Source: Candidatus Velthaea sp.
Lineage (GTDB): Bacteria; Vulcanimicrobiota; Vulcanimicrobiia; Vulcanimicrobiales; Vulcanimicrobiaceae
Direction of reading: 5' to 3'
DNA: 64,000 nt
NCBI GenBank assembly: GCA_965214935.1
Contig: CBDCCS010000010.1
Span: forward strand, 224,001-288,000
The notes under the pieces: generated by a model
Database searches by the model: none
What the model saw: only the letters and a program-made list of their open reading frames with translations
What the model was told of the DNA's origin: nothing
Translations under genes and position numbers: made by a program
Shown: one piece after another, positions 21,457-31,435 of the stretch
Numbering within the stretch: position 1 is the stretch's first letter
Layout of the letters: each line of letters begins with the position of its first letter

Positions 21457-21771
21457 ATGAAAGATCGCTCGTTCGCCGACTTTATGGTCGGCGCGCTGGC
21501 CTGCATATCGCTGCTCGGATTTTATGCCGTTTTGCGCGATGCGGATGCCGCTTACACCGAACGCCGGCGCATCGCGGCCGCCCGCTGGGCGTTACCACGT
21601 AAACGCCGTCGGCGCCGGACGCCCGAAGATCTGTGCCGGCACTGCGGCGGCAGCGGCGCGTGCGATGCCTGCGGCGACCAAGCGTGCCGCATCTGCCGCG
21701 GTAACGGGTTACAGCCGCGCGACGAGGCGCTCGTGACGCGGCTGAGCCTCATGTGGGACGGCGTGAGCTAG
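21457..21771 (+). CDS. Small membrane protein with DnaJ-like Cys-rich zinc ribbon
   Basis: TM helix, Arg-rich patch, CRHCGGSGACDACGDQACRICRGNG; leaderless-type promoter upstream. Confidence 0.7.
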   Translation: MKDRSFADFMVGALACISLLGFYAVLRDADAAYTERRRIAAARWALPRKRRRRRTPEDLCRHCGGSGACDACGDQACRICRGNGLQPRDEALVTRLSLMWDGVS

Positions 21772-21813
21772 CCCGACAAAGTTTTCGTCCCGGCCGGCCG
21801 CGAAGAGCGGCCG

Positions 21814-22695
21814 ATGATGCTTGCATCCTCCCCGTCGGTCGATGCCGTGATGCTCGAAGCGCGTGCGGCCGGTTTTGCGAAACGTTCGTTGAAAAACGAA
21901 GCGAAACGTGAAGCGATCGATCTGGCAATTCGCTGCATCGACTTAACGGCACTCGAAGGTCGCGATACACCCGGGCGCATCCGCTCGCTGTGCGCCAAAG
22001 CCGCTGCGCCGGCACCCGGTGCTCCGCAGGTCGCCGCCGTTTGCGTGTATCCCAATTTCGTCGCCGTCGCCAAGGCGGCGCTGGCCGGAACGGGCGTGCT
22101 GACGGCCTCGGTCGCAACGGCCTTTCCCAGCGGATTGTCGTCGCTCGACGTGAAGCTGCGCGACACCGAATACGCCTTGAGAGCCGGCGCCGACGAAATC
22201 GACATGGTCATCGATCGCGGTGCATTTCTTGCCGGCGACGAGCGGCGCGTGTTCGATGAGATCGCCGCGGTCAAAGCCGTGTGCGGCGACGTGCATCTCA
22301 AAGTCATTCTCGAAACCGGCGAATTAGGTTCGTACGGCGCAACGCGCCGAGCCGGTGACCTCGCGCTCGAGGCCGGCGCCGACGTTATTAAAACCTCGAC
22401 CGGAAAAATCGGCACCTCGGCAACATTGGCGACGGCGCTGGCGATGTCCGAGTCGCTACGCGCCTATTTCACTCGCACCGGACGGCGGCGCGGGCTCAAG
22501 ATCGCCGGCGGTGTGCGCACGACCAAGGCGGTCTTACCGTACTTGGTTTTAATCGACGAAGTGCTCGGCGGCGCGTGGCTCGATCCGGCGCTGTTTCGCG
22601 TCGGCGCTTCGGCACTGCTCGACGATCTGCTTTTGCAGCGCGCGAAGATGGGCAGCGGCCGCTACGGTTCGTTCGACTATATTGCAAAGGACTGA
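21814..22695 (+). CDS. deoC: Deoxyribose-phosphate aldolase
   Basis: IDLTAL, GADEIDMVI, LKVILETGEL, KTSTGK, KIAGGVR. Confidence 0.95.
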   Translation: MMLASSPSVDAVMLEARAAGFAKRSLKNEAKREAIDLAIRCIDLTALEGRDTPGRIRSLCAKAAAPAPGAPQVAAVCVYPNFVAVAKAALAGTGVLTASVATAFPSGLSSLDVKLRDTEYALRAGADEIDMVIDRGAFLAGDERRVFDEIAAVKAVCGDVHLKVILETGELGSYGATRRAGDLALEAGADVIKTSTGKIGTSATLATALAMSESLRAYFTRTGRRRGLKIAGGVRTTKAVLPYLVLIDEVLGGAWLDPALFRVGASALLDDLLLQRAKMGSGRYGSFDYIAKD

Positions 22696-22696
22696 G

Positions 22697-24217
22697 ATGG
22701 CGAATTCACTTTCCGATGCAGCAGTAAATCTATCCGGTTTGCGGCTTGCCTCGCGTCTTCGCTACGCGCCGGCGCTCGAATCGACACCGGTTCGCATCGA
22801 CGAAAGCTACGGGCACTTCATCGGCGGCGAGTGGCAGGCATCGGCGGACGGCGGGATGTTTGCGACGATCGATCCATCGTCCGAAGAACCGCTGGCGCAG
22901 ATCGCCCAGGGATCGGCGGCGGATGTGGACCGCGCGGTTCGCGCTGCCCGCGCGGCCTACGAGCGCTATTGGCGCCCGCTGCGCCCCGCCGACCGCGCCA
23001 AGTATATCTATCGCATCGCTCGCGCGATCACCGAGCGGTCGCGCGAACTCGCCGTCGTCGAGACCATGGACGGCGGCAAGCCGATTAAAGAGTCCCGTGA
23101 TTTCGACATCCCGCAAGCCGCCGCGCACTTCTTTTATTATGCGGGTTGGGCGGATAAACTCGCCTGGGCATTACGCGCCGGCCGGCAACCCGAACCGCTC
23201 GGTGTCGTCGGCGCGATCGTTCCGTGGAATTTCCCGTTGCTCATGGCCGCCTGGAAAATCGCGCCGGCGATCGCTTGCGGGAATACAATCGTCCTCAAAC
23301 CCGCCGAAACGACGCCTCTGACGGCACTGCTGCTGGCGCAAATTTGCCAGGCCGCTGACTTGCCGCCCGGCGTCGTCAACGTCGTTACCGGCAACGGCAC
23401 GACCGGTGCGGCGCTGGCGTCGCATCCGGGCATCGACAAAGTTGCTTTTACCGGTTCGACTGCGGTCGGCAAAACGCTGCGACGCAAGTTGGCCGGAACG
23501 GCGAAGCGCTTAACGCTCGAACTCGGCGGTAAATCGGCAAATATCGTACTGGCCGATGCGCCGCTGGATCAAGCCATCGAAGGCGTCGTCAACGGCATCT
23601 ATTTTAACCAGGGTCATGTGTGCTGCGCCGGTTCGCGCTTGTTTGTCGCCGAAAGCATTCATGACGAAGTCGTCGCGCGCTTACGCCAGCGAATCGAAAC
23701 GCTCAAAGTCGGCCCTCCGCTCGATAAAAATACCGACATCGGCGCGATCAACTCGGCCGCGCAGCTGGCAAAGATCGAGGCGCTGGTGCAGAGCGGGATC
23801 GACGAAGGTGCCGAGCTGGTCACCCAGTCTTGCGCGTTGCCCGCACGCGGCTATTACCATCGCGCGTCGTTTTTCACCGGCGTTTATGCCGCACAGCAGA
23901 TTGCGACCGAAGAGATCTTCGGGCCGGTGCTCGCAATTTCGACGTTCCGCACCGCCGACGAAGCGATCGAACGCGCGAACAACACGCGTTACGGCCTGGC
24001 GGCCGGCGTGTGGACCGATTCCGCTGCGCAAAGCGCGTACGTCGCCGCGCGTCTGCGGGCCGGCGTCGTCTGGTGCTCGACGTTCAATCAATTCGATCCG
24101 GCTGCAGCATTCGGCGGCTACCGTGAAAGCGGATTTGGTCGTGAAGGCGGCGTCGCAGGACTCGAACCGTATTTGACTTCGCAACCGCCCCAAAGCCAGG
24201 GGTCGTCTAAGACGTAA
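22697..24217 (+). CDS. Aldehyde dehydrogenase (deoC-associated)
   Basis: PWNFPL, FTGST, LELGGKS, NQGHVCCAGSR, EEIFGPV. Confidence 0.95.
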   Translation: MANSLSDAAVNLSGLRLASRLRYAPALESTPVRIDESYGHFIGGEWQASADGGMFATIDPSSEEPLAQIAQGSAADVDRAVRAARAAYERYWRPLRPADRAKYIYRIARAITERSRELAVVETMDGGKPIKESRDFDIPQAAAHFFYYAGWADKLAWALRAGRQPEPLGVVGAIVPWNFPLLMAAWKIAPAIACGNTIVLKPAETTPLTALLLAQICQAADLPPGVVNVVTGNGTTGAALASHPGIDKVAFTGSTAVGKTLRRKLAGTAKRLTLELGGKSANIVLADAPLDQAIEGVVNGIYFNQGHVCCAGSRLFVAESIHDEVVARLRQRIETLKVGPPLDKNTDIGAINSAAQLAKIEALVQSGIDEGAELVTQSCALPARGYYHRASFFTGVYAAQQIATEEIFGPVLAISTFRTADEAIERANNTRYGLAAGVWTDSAAQSAYVAARLRAGVVWCSTFNQFDPAAAFGGYRESGFGREGGVAGLEPYLTSQPPQSQGSSKT

Positions 24218-24268
24218 GGCGACCGGGCGGCCTGATTCGCTAGGGACCTACACGGGGGAAAACGCAAC

Positions 24269-25537
24269 GTGCAGATGCTCGAACAAGTGCAACTCGATCG
24301 GCCGGGATTGGCGACCTGGTACCGGGCGAACCGCCGGCGTTCGGCTCGGTTGTTTGCCGCCATCGATCCCGCCGTGTTTTACGACGCGCCGATCCCCTTA
24401 CGCCATCCGTTCGTTTTCTACGCGGGCCATTTCCCGGCGTTTTCGTTTATCACGCTGTTGCGCAACGCGCTTGGTGAAGCGTCGATCGACCGCCGGCTCG
24501 AAGATCTCTTCAACCGCGGGATCGATCCGGATTCGCTTGAAGCGGCACGCAATCATCAGCGTGCCGATTGGCCGGCGCGCGACGCTGTCGCCGCCTTTGC
24601 CGCTGCCTGCGACCAGCGCGTCCTTGCCGCCTACGAACACGCTCGGCTAGACCATCCGGCGAATCCTCAATTAGACCGTGCGCAAGCGGCGTTTACGATT
24701 CTTGAACACGAAGAGATGCATCACGAGACACTGCTTTATATCGTTCACCGGTTGCCGCCCGCTGCAAAACACTTTGCCGCCGGTGCGCATCGCGATGTGG
24801 CGGCGCGTAAACGCGAGCCGGTAGCCATCCCGGCCGGGACGGCAACCCTCGGCGTGGCCCGCGATGCGGTGCCGTTCGCCTGGGACAACGAGTTCGGCGA
24901 ACATACCGTCGAGGTTCCGGCCTTCGGCTGCGATATCGATAATGTTACCAACGGCGAGTATCTCGCGTTCGTGCAAGCCGGCGGGCCGCCGCCGCCGTTT
25001 TGGCTGGCGGACGGTGCCGGTTGGAATCTCCGGACGCTCGACGATGTCATTCCGCTACCGCTTTCGTGGCCGGTTTACTGTACCAACGCGCAAGCGGCAG
25101 CGTATACACGCTGGTGCGGCGCGCGACTTCTGACCGAGCCCGAGTACCATCGTGCCGCATACGGCACGCCCGGCGGCGATGAACGCCGGCAGCCATGGGG
25201 CGGCGCAGCCGCCGATCCGGCGTACGGAAATTTCGATTTCAAGCGTTTTGATCCCGAACCGGTCGGCTCGTATCCGGACGGCGCGAGCGCCTGGGGCATC
25301 AACGATTTGATCGGAAACGGGTGGGAATGGACGTCGACAGCGTTCGCGCCGTTCGCGGGCTTTGCGCCGATGGCATCGTATCCGCCGTATTCCGCCGACT
25401 TTTTCGACGGCGAACATTACGTGATAAAAGGCGCTTCGCCGGTGACGTCGCGCAATCTCGTTCGGCGCAGTTTTCGCAATTGGTACCGGCGCGACTATCC
25501 GTACATGTATGCGACGTTTCGCTGCGCCTGGAATTAG
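24269..25537 (+). CDS. DinB plus FGE-sulfatase non-heme iron enzyme (EgtB/OvoA/SenA superfamily)
   Basis: LRHPFVFYAGH, HEEMHHET, GNGWEWT, RRSFRNWY. Confidence 0.88.
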   Translation: MQMLEQVQLDRPGLATWYRANRRRSARLFAAIDPAVFYDAPIPLRHPFVFYAGHFPAFSFITLLRNALGEASIDRRLEDLFNRGIDPDSLEAARNHQRADWPARDAVAAFAAACDQRVLAAYEHARLDHPANPQLDRAQAAFTILEHEEMHHETLLYIVHRLPPAAKHFAAGAHRDVAARKREPVAIPAGTATLGVARDAVPFAWDNEFGEHTVEVPAFGCDIDNVTNGEYLAFVQAGGPPPPFWLADGAGWNLRTLDDVIPLPLSWPVYCTNAQAAAYTRWCGARLLTEPEYHRAAYGTPGGDERRQPWGGAAADPAYGNFDFKRFDPEPVGSYPDGASAWGINDLIGNGWEWTSTAFAPFAGFAPMASYPPYSADFFDGEHYVIKGASPVTSRNLVRRSFRNWYRRDYPYMYATFRCAWN

Positions 25538-25539
25538 CG

Positions 25540-26229
25540 CTAGGCGAGGCCGAGCAAATTTGCGCGCACCCGTACGATGTGTTCGCGCATCGTGCGGTGC
25601 GCTTCTTCGGTGTCGCGCTGAGCTAAGGCTTCCACGATGTGCCGGTGATCGGCCTGATAATCGAGCCGGCGCGCTGGAGTGAAGCTGCGCTGTTTGAGAC
25701 TGCCCCACAACGGTTCGTCACGCACGGCATGCACGACGTGAAAGATGCGCAGTAAAAATTCGTTGTGGGTCGCAACCGCGATCGTTTGATGCAGGCTGCC
25801 GTCCCAGCGCTCGAATTCTTCGGTGGTAACGGCCGATTCGGCCGCGGCGAGACAGTGCTGCATGCGCTCGAGTTCGGTACTCGTCGCGCAACGTGCGGCA
25901 AGCGCGGCAATTTGCGGCTCGAGCATCAACCGGACGTCCATGATCTCCGCGGGACTCGTTGCGCGCGCTATCGGCGTGACGCTTTCAGCGGCGTTGACGA
26001 ACGTGCCGCGCCCGACATGCCGGGTAATCCGGCCCTGCGCTTCAAGTACGGCAAGTCCGCGCCGCACGGCCGTCCGTGACACCGCTAAACCGGCAGCTAA
26101 ATCGCGTTCGGCCGGCAAGCGCGTCCCGGAACGATAGCGACCGGTTGCGATACCGTCGGCGATGAGCGCAACGATACGCGCTTCGTCGGCCGCCGGATGA
26201 TCGCCGGTGCCCGCAATGTGCCAAGCCAA
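25540..26229 (-). CDS. GntR/FadR family transcriptional regulator
   Basis: RLPAERDLA...VSRTAVR...GRGTFV HTH plus FCD domain; TTG start 9 nt after TATAAT. Confidence 0.92.
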   Translation of the reverse strand: MAWHIAGTGDHPAADEARIVALIADGIATGRYRSGTRLPAERDLAAGLAVSRTAVRRGLAVLEAQGRITRHVGRGTFVNAAESVTPIARATSPAEIMDVRLMLEPQIAALAARCATSTELERMQHCLAAAESAVTTEEFERWDGSLHQTIAVATHNEFLLRIFHVVHAVRDEPLWGSLKQRSFTPARRLDYQADHRHIVEALAQRDTEEAHRTMREHIVRVRANLLGLA

Positions 26230-26238
26230 TGTGAACCA

Positions 26239-26266
26239 ATTATAGCGATTTACAGGGTGCTGTCGA
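26239..26266 (-). promoter_or_regulatory. Sigma70-type promoter of the GntR gene
   Basis: TCGACA-16 nt-TATAAT. Confidence 0.7.
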
Positions 26267-26292
26267 GCGTTTGTTTCCGGAAGAAACTTCTC

Positions 26293-26321
26293 TTGACTTA
26301 CATTTCTTGCAGAAGTATGCT
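26293..26321 (+). promoter_or_regulatory. Sigma70-type promoter of the catabolic operon
   Basis: TTGACT-17 nt-TATGCT. Confidence 0.75.
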
Positions 26322-26467
26322 CGACCTGGCGCGTATTGGTACCTATTGGTTCACAAAGGTTCGATGTAAGTCGGCGTTTCCGGCGTCGCAGCGAGGCCGG
26401 CCGGCAGCGGCGCGCCGCTGCTGAATCGGACGGCGTACATGCGATCGGCTTCCATTGACCGGCTTCC

Positions 26468-27289
26468 ATGCATTCGGAGAACAGCGTGCAAGATTCTCGC
26501 GCGAACGGTCTGCGACTTTCATATCGGCTCGACGGCGCTGCCGGTGCGCCGCTCGTCCTCATTCACGGTTTGGGCGGAAGCGCCGAAGCGACGTATGCAG
26601 CCGTAACGGAGCGCTTGACCGGTTTTCGTGTGCTGACGTTCGACAATCGCGGTGTCGGCGGCAGCGATAAACCCGATGGGCGTTACATGTTGAGCGACTT
26701 CGCTCGCGATACACGCGAACTTATGCGCAGTGTCGGCTGGGAGCAAGCGCATATCGTCGGGCATTCGCTGGGCGGAATGATCGCGCAGCAATTTGCCGTC
26801 GACTTTCCCGAAGCCGCGCTGTCGCTGGTGCTCGCAGATTGTCCGGGCACGCTCAACGCTGCCGGCCGCGCCGGTTTCGAGCAACGTGCGGCGACCGTTG
26901 AAGCCGGCGGCACGGCGGCAATCGTCGACGGCGTTCTTAAAAACGGCATCGGCAGCCAAGCCAAAGAGCGCTATCCTGAACTCGTCGAACGCTTCCGCCA
27001 GTCGCTTCTCGCATCGCCGCCAAAGCCGTATGCCGCAAGCTGCCGTGCCGCAAGCGCACTCGATCTGCTCGATTCCGCAGCGGCGTTTGCCAAACCCGTG
27101 TTGGTGCTGCGCGGCGATCAGGACGGCGGCGTTGCGCGCGAAGCCGCCGAAGCGCTCGCAGCAGCCTTTGGCGACGGCCGCTACCATGAAATTCAAGACA
27201 GCGGACACAACGCGCCGTTTGAGAACGCGCCCGTCTTCGCCGAACTGATTTCGGCATTCGTGAGCGACCATGCCGGCGCCGCCCGCTGA
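26468..27289 (+). CDS. Alpha/beta hydrolase (PcaD/enol-lactonase-like)
   Basis: HGLGG, DNRGVG, GHSLGG, SGHNAP. Confidence 0.9.
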   Translation: MHSENSVQDSRANGLRLSYRLDGAAGAPLVLIHGLGGSAEATYAAVTERLTGFRVLTFDNRGVGGSDKPDGRYMLSDFARDTRELMRSVGWEQAHIVGHSLGGMIAQQFAVDFPEAALSLVLADCPGTLNAAGRAGFEQRAATVEAGGTAAIVDGVLKNGIGSQAKERYPELVERFRQSLLASPPKPYAASCRAASALDLLDSAAAFAKPVLVLRGDQDGGVAREAAEALAAAFGDGRYHEIQDSGHNAPFENAPVFAELISAFVSDHAGAAR

Positions 27290-28074
27290 TGGACAACTCG
27301 ACGACGGTTGCGACCGCCAAAATCGTCCGCGTGCAAATCGGCGACGTCGCGCGCCATGCGTTGCTCGAAGACGCGACACTCTACGAACTGCAGGGCGACC
27401 TGTATTCAACGTTCGAACGCGGTCCCGCTCTCGGCGATTTGCGCGATGCGCGACTGTTGGCCCCCGTCGTCCCCGGTAAGGTTATTCTCACGGGTTATAA
27501 CTATGCCGGTCACGCGCAAGAACTCAGCAAACAGCAGCCCCAAGATCCGCTGATTTTTCTTAAAGCACCAAGCGCGATCGTCTCCGACGGCGCCGATGTC
27601 ATTTATCCGCGCGACGCTCAAAACGTGAGCTACGAAGGTGAACTCGTCGTCGTCATCGGCCGGCGATGCCGGCGGATCGGTGCGCGGGAAGCTGCGCACT
27701 ACATCCTCGGCTATACATGCGGCAACGATATCACCGATCGTGATTTGCAAAAACGCGACGTGCAATACGCACGGGCAAAGTCGTTCGATACCTTCGGACC
27801 GCTCGGACCGTGTATCGCAACGGGGATCGATGCCGACAACCTGCATATCGAGTCCCGGCTCAACGGCGAAGTGCGCCAGAATAGTACGACGAGTCTGCTC
27901 ATTCATTCACCCGCTAAACTGGTGAGCTGGGCTTCGCAGGTGATGACGCTCGAACCGGGCGACGTGTTATTCACCGGCACGCCCGTCGGCGTCGGTGCCA
28001 TCAAACCGGGCGACCTCATGGAAGTCGAGATTGAAGGCATCGGAGTGCTGCGCAATCGCGTCGTCGCCGAATAA
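27289..28074 (+). CDS. Fumarylacetoacetate hydrolase family protein
   Basis: NYAGH, YEGEL, NDITDRD, AKSFDTF, TGTP. Confidence 0.93.
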   Translation: MDNSTTVATAKIVRVQIGDVARHALLEDATLYELQGDLYSTFERGPALGDLRDARLLAPVVPGKVILTGYNYAGHAQELSKQQPQDPLIFLKAPSAIVSDGADVIYPRDAQNVSYEGELVVVIGRRCRRIGAREAAHYILGYTCGNDITDRDLQKRDVQYARAKSFDTFGPLGPCIATGIDADNLHIESRLNGEVRQNSTTSLLIHSPAKLVSWASQVMTLEPGDVLFTGTPVGVGAIKPGDLMEVEIEGIGVLRNRVVAE

Positions 28075-28080
28075 CGTCGC

Positions 28081-29316
28081 GTGCCAACCGTCGTTTTAGC
28101 CGGTACGCTCGATACCAAGGGCAATGAGTATGCGTACGTCCGCGAGCGGTTACGCGAGATTCATCGCGTCGATACGATCCTCGTCGACGTCGGTATTCTC
28201 GGCACTGCCGATCCGGCGGCGGATATTTCGCGGGATGAGGTAGCGCGGGCTGCGGGCACGACGACCGCGGCGCTTCGAACCGGCGGCGATCGCGGCACGG
28301 CGGTCGAAACGATGGCCGCCGGACTCGTTCAGATCGTTACCGGTCTGCACGCGCAAGGCCGGCTCGACGGCATGCTCGGACTCGGCGGATCGGGCGGATC
28401 CTCGCTAATCACGCGTGCGATGCGCGCGTTGCCCGTCGGCGTGCCGAAATTGATGGTCTCGACGGTCGCTGCGGGCGACACGCGGCCATACGTCGGTGCC
28501 AGCGACGTGACGATGATGTATTCAGTGGTTGATATTGCCGGTATCAATTCGGCTTCGGCACGCATTCTCGCCAACGCTGCGGCCGCAATTGCCGGCATGG
28601 CGACGGCACCGCGTCCCGTCGCCGGTGCTAAGAAGCCGCTCGTCGGCGCTACGATGTTCGGCTTGACGACGCCGTGCGTCACCACCGCCCGCGAACGGCT
28701 CGAAGAACTCGGTTACGAAGTGCTCGTTTTTCATGCGACCGGTACGGGTGGACAAGCGATGGAAGCGCTCGTCCGCAGCGGGTTCATCGATGCGGTGCTC
28801 GACGCTACGACGACGGAGCTGGCCGACGAACTTGGCGGCGGCGTCTTCTCCGCCGGGCCGAACCGGCTCGAGATCGCCGGGCAACTCGGGGTGCCGCAAG
28901 TGGTTTCGCTGGGCGCGCTCGATATGGTCAATTTCGGCGCGCCCGAGACCATCCCGGCGCGCTTCGACGGGCGGACGTTCCTCAAGCACAACGCGACCGT
29001 TACGCTCATGCGTACGACGCCCGCTGAAAACGCCGAGCTCGGCCGCACGATCGCGCGCAAACTCAGTGCAGCCAGCGGCCCGGTAACGCTCTTCATTCCG
29101 CTCGGCGGCGTATCGGGCATCGATCTTCCCGGCCGGCCGTTTTACGATCCCGCGGCCGACGCGGCACTCTTTGCTGCGCTGCGCGCAAATATCGGGGCGA
29201 ACGTCAACTTACGCGAGATCGACACCGATATCAACGATCCGGCCTTTGGTTTGGCGCTGGCCGAAGAAGTGCATGAATTGTATACCGCGCGCACGCTGCA
29301 AAGCGCCGCGCCGTGA
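28081..29316 (+). CDS. Tm-1-like ATP-binding domain protein (UPF0261)
   Basis: [37 protein letters not shown]. Confidence 0.92.
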   Translation: MPTVVLAGTLDTKGNEYAYVRERLREIHRVDTILVDVGILGTADPAADISRDEVARAAGTTTAALRTGGDRGTAVETMAAGLVQIVTGLHAQGRLDGMLGLGGSGGSSLITRAMRALPVGVPKLMVSTVAAGDTRPYVGASDVTMMYSVVDIAGINSASARILANAAAAIAGMATAPRPVAGAKKPLVGATMFGLTTPCVTTARERLEELGYEVLVFHATGTGGQAMEALVRSGFIDAVLDATTTELADELGGGVFSAGPNRLEIAGQLGVPQVVSLGALDMVNFGAPETIPARFDGRTFLKHNATVTLMRTTPAENAELGRTIARKLSAASGPVTLFIPLGGVSGIDLPGRPFYDPAADAALFAALRANIGANVNLREIDTDINDPAFGLALAEEVHELYTARTLQSAAP

Positions 29317-30149
29317 CGCGCGCCGACGCGCTCGCGCGCTTGCACGAGCAAATGAATGCCGGGCGGCCCATTATCGGCGCGGGTGCCGGCACCGGGCTGT
29401 CGGCAAAGTGTGCAGAAGCGGGCGGCGCCGATTTGATCATCATCTATAATTCGGGGCGCTATCGGATGGCCGGACGTGGATCGCTCGCGGGCATGCTGCC
29501 GTACGGCGATGCGAACGCGATCGTCGTCGAAATGGCCGCCGAGGTTCTGCCCGTCGCTCGAAACACGCCGGTACTCGCTGGTGTTTGCGGCACCGATCCA
29601 TTCCGGCTCATGCCGGTATTTCTCAAGCAGCTGCGCGAGATGGGTTTTACCGGCGTACAGAATTTTCCGACCGTCGGTTTATTCGACGGTACGTTTCGTC
29701 AGAATATCGAGGAAACCGGGATGGGATATGCGCTCGAAGTCGAGATGATCGCCGAAGCGCGGCGGCTCGATTTGCTTACGAGTCCGTACGTGTTCAACGT
29801 CGACGAGGCTCGCGCGATGGCGCAGGCCGGAGCGGACGTGCTCGTGGCACACATGGGCCTCACGACCAAAGGCACGATCGGGGCAACAACTGCCTTACCG
29901 CTCGAAGCGACGCCGGCTCGGATTCAAGCGATTCGCGACGCCGCTGTAGCGATCAAACCGGACGTTATCGTGCTGTGCCACGGCGGTCCGATCGCCGAGC
30001 CCGACGATGCGGCGTACGTGCTCGACCGCACGACGGGCATCGCCGGATTCTTCGGCGCGTCGAGTATGGAACGGCTGCCGGCCGAAACGGCTTTAACGCA
30101 AAATATGCGGCGCTTCAAAGCGATCGGCCGCAACGAGGTACGGGCATGA
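29313..30149 (+). CDS. TIM-barrel signal transduction / PEP hydrolase-like family protein
   Basis: [40 protein letters not shown]. Confidence 0.92.
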   Translation: MTRADALARLHEQMNAGRPIIGAGAGTGLSAKCAEAGGADLIIIYNSGRYRMAGRGSLAGMLPYGDANAIVVEMAAEVLPVARNTPVLAGVCGTDPFRLMPVFLKQLREMGFTGVQNFPTVGLFDGTFRQNIEETGMGYALEVEMIAEARRLDLLTSPYVFNVDEARAMAQAGADVLVAHMGLTTKGTIGATTALPLEATPARIQAIRDAAVAIKPDVIVLCHGGPIAEPDDAAYVLDRTTGIAGFFGASSMERLPAETALTQNMRRFKAIGRNEVRA

Positions 30150-30556
30150 GCTGCTGTTCGCCCCACGACCGGCCGACGATGACCTTCGATTGGGGCGCGA
30201 TCAAATGGTTCGTGACGCCCGACCGCGAGCACGCCGCGATGACGTTCGGCGAAGTCATCTTGCTGCCCGGCAAAGGCCACGCGCGTCACAATCATCCGAC
30301 CTCCGAGGAGATTTTGTACGTGCTGTCCGGCGAAGGCGAACAAATGGTCGAAGACGCTGCACCGTTCGCAATTAAACCGGGCGACACGATCTATATCCCG
30401 ACGGCCGCGTATCATTCGACGGTCAATACCGGCTGGGAACCGCTGCGGCTGCTGGCGACGTACAATCCGGCCGGCGCCGAAGACGCGCTGATCGGGTTGC
30501 CTGATTACCACGAACTCGCGCCCGGCGAACTCGTGCCGTGGGAACGCGTTCGCTGA
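30146..30556 (+). CDS. Cupin domain protein
   Basis: [17 protein letters not shown]...PGDTIYIP...YHSTVN; ATGA overlap with the upstream stop. Confidence 0.9.
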   Translation: MSCCSPHDRPTMTFDWGAIKWFVTPDREHAAMTFGEVILLPGKGHARHNHPTSEEILYVLSGEGEQMVEDAAPFAIKPGDTIYIPTAAYHSTVNTGWEPLRLLATYNPAGAEDALIGLPDYHELAPGELVPWERVR

Positions 30557-30571
30557 AACGACTTTAGCACG

Positions 30572-31435
30572 ATGCTCAACGTACTAACGACGACACTCAA
30601 CGGCGTGACCCTCGGTTCGGTGTACTTTATGGTCGCCGTCGGTTTCACGTTGATTTTTGGTTTGATGCGGGTGGTCAACTTAGCGCACGGAACGCTCTAC
30701 GCGATCGGCGGCTACACGGCATGGGCGATCGCGGATGCAACCGGCAATTGGTGGCTGGGTGCAGCGATTGCCGCAATCGTCACGGGAATCTTCGGCTTTG
30801 CTTTACAGCAAGGTTTGTTGCGGCGAATCGCGGGTCAGGATTTGCGCGAAGCGCTGGTAACGATCGGCGTTTCGATCGTTGCCGCCGACTTGCTCTTGGC
30901 GTATTTCGGCGGTGACTTTAAGGACATTAGCGCGCCCGACGTGTTGTCGGGCGCATTCAATCTGCATGCCGGCGGCGTCATGTATCCAACGTTGCGGCTC
31001 TTCGCCCTCGCCGTTGCCCTCGCGGTCGGCGCGTTGCTTTGGTATATGCTGCGCCGCACGCGGATCGGCTTGGTGATCCGGGCGGGGATCGACGACCGGG
31101 CGATGGTTTCGGCGCTCGGCATCAACGTGCAGCGGTCGTTCGCGCTCGTGTTCGCACTGGGTGCTCTGCTGGCCGGGATCGGCGGCGTCATCGGCGGCAC
31201 GATCAACTCGATCGGACCCGGCGATGACGGCACGTATCTCTTGAATTCGCTCATCGTCGTCATCGTCGGCGGGATGGGCAGCATCGTCGGCACCGCGATC
31301 GGTGCGGTGGCAATCGGCTTAGTCGAACAATTCGGCTTGGCGTACGCGCCGACGTATTCATACCTCATGACATTCGCAGTCATGATCGTGGTTTTGGCAT
31401 TCCGACCGCAAGGGCTGCTCGGGCGCGCGGCATGA
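30572..31435 (+). CDS. LivH-like ABC permease
   Basis: GFTLIFGLMRVVNLAHG, VGGMGS, RPQGLLG. Confidence 0.93.
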   Translation: MLNVLTTTLNGVTLGSVYFMVAVGFTLIFGLMRVVNLAHGTLYAIGGYTAWAIADATGNWWLGAAIAAIVTGIFGFALQQGLLRRIAGQDLREALVTIGVSIVAADLLLAYFGGDFKDISAPDVLSGAFNLHAGGVMYPTLRLFALAVALAVGALLWYMLRRTRIGLVIRAGIDDRAMVSALGINVQRSFALVFALGALLAGIGGVIGGTINSIGPGDDGTYLLNSLIVVIVGGMGSIVGTAIGAVAIGLVEQFGLAYAPTYSYLMTFAVMIVVLAFRPQGLLGRAA

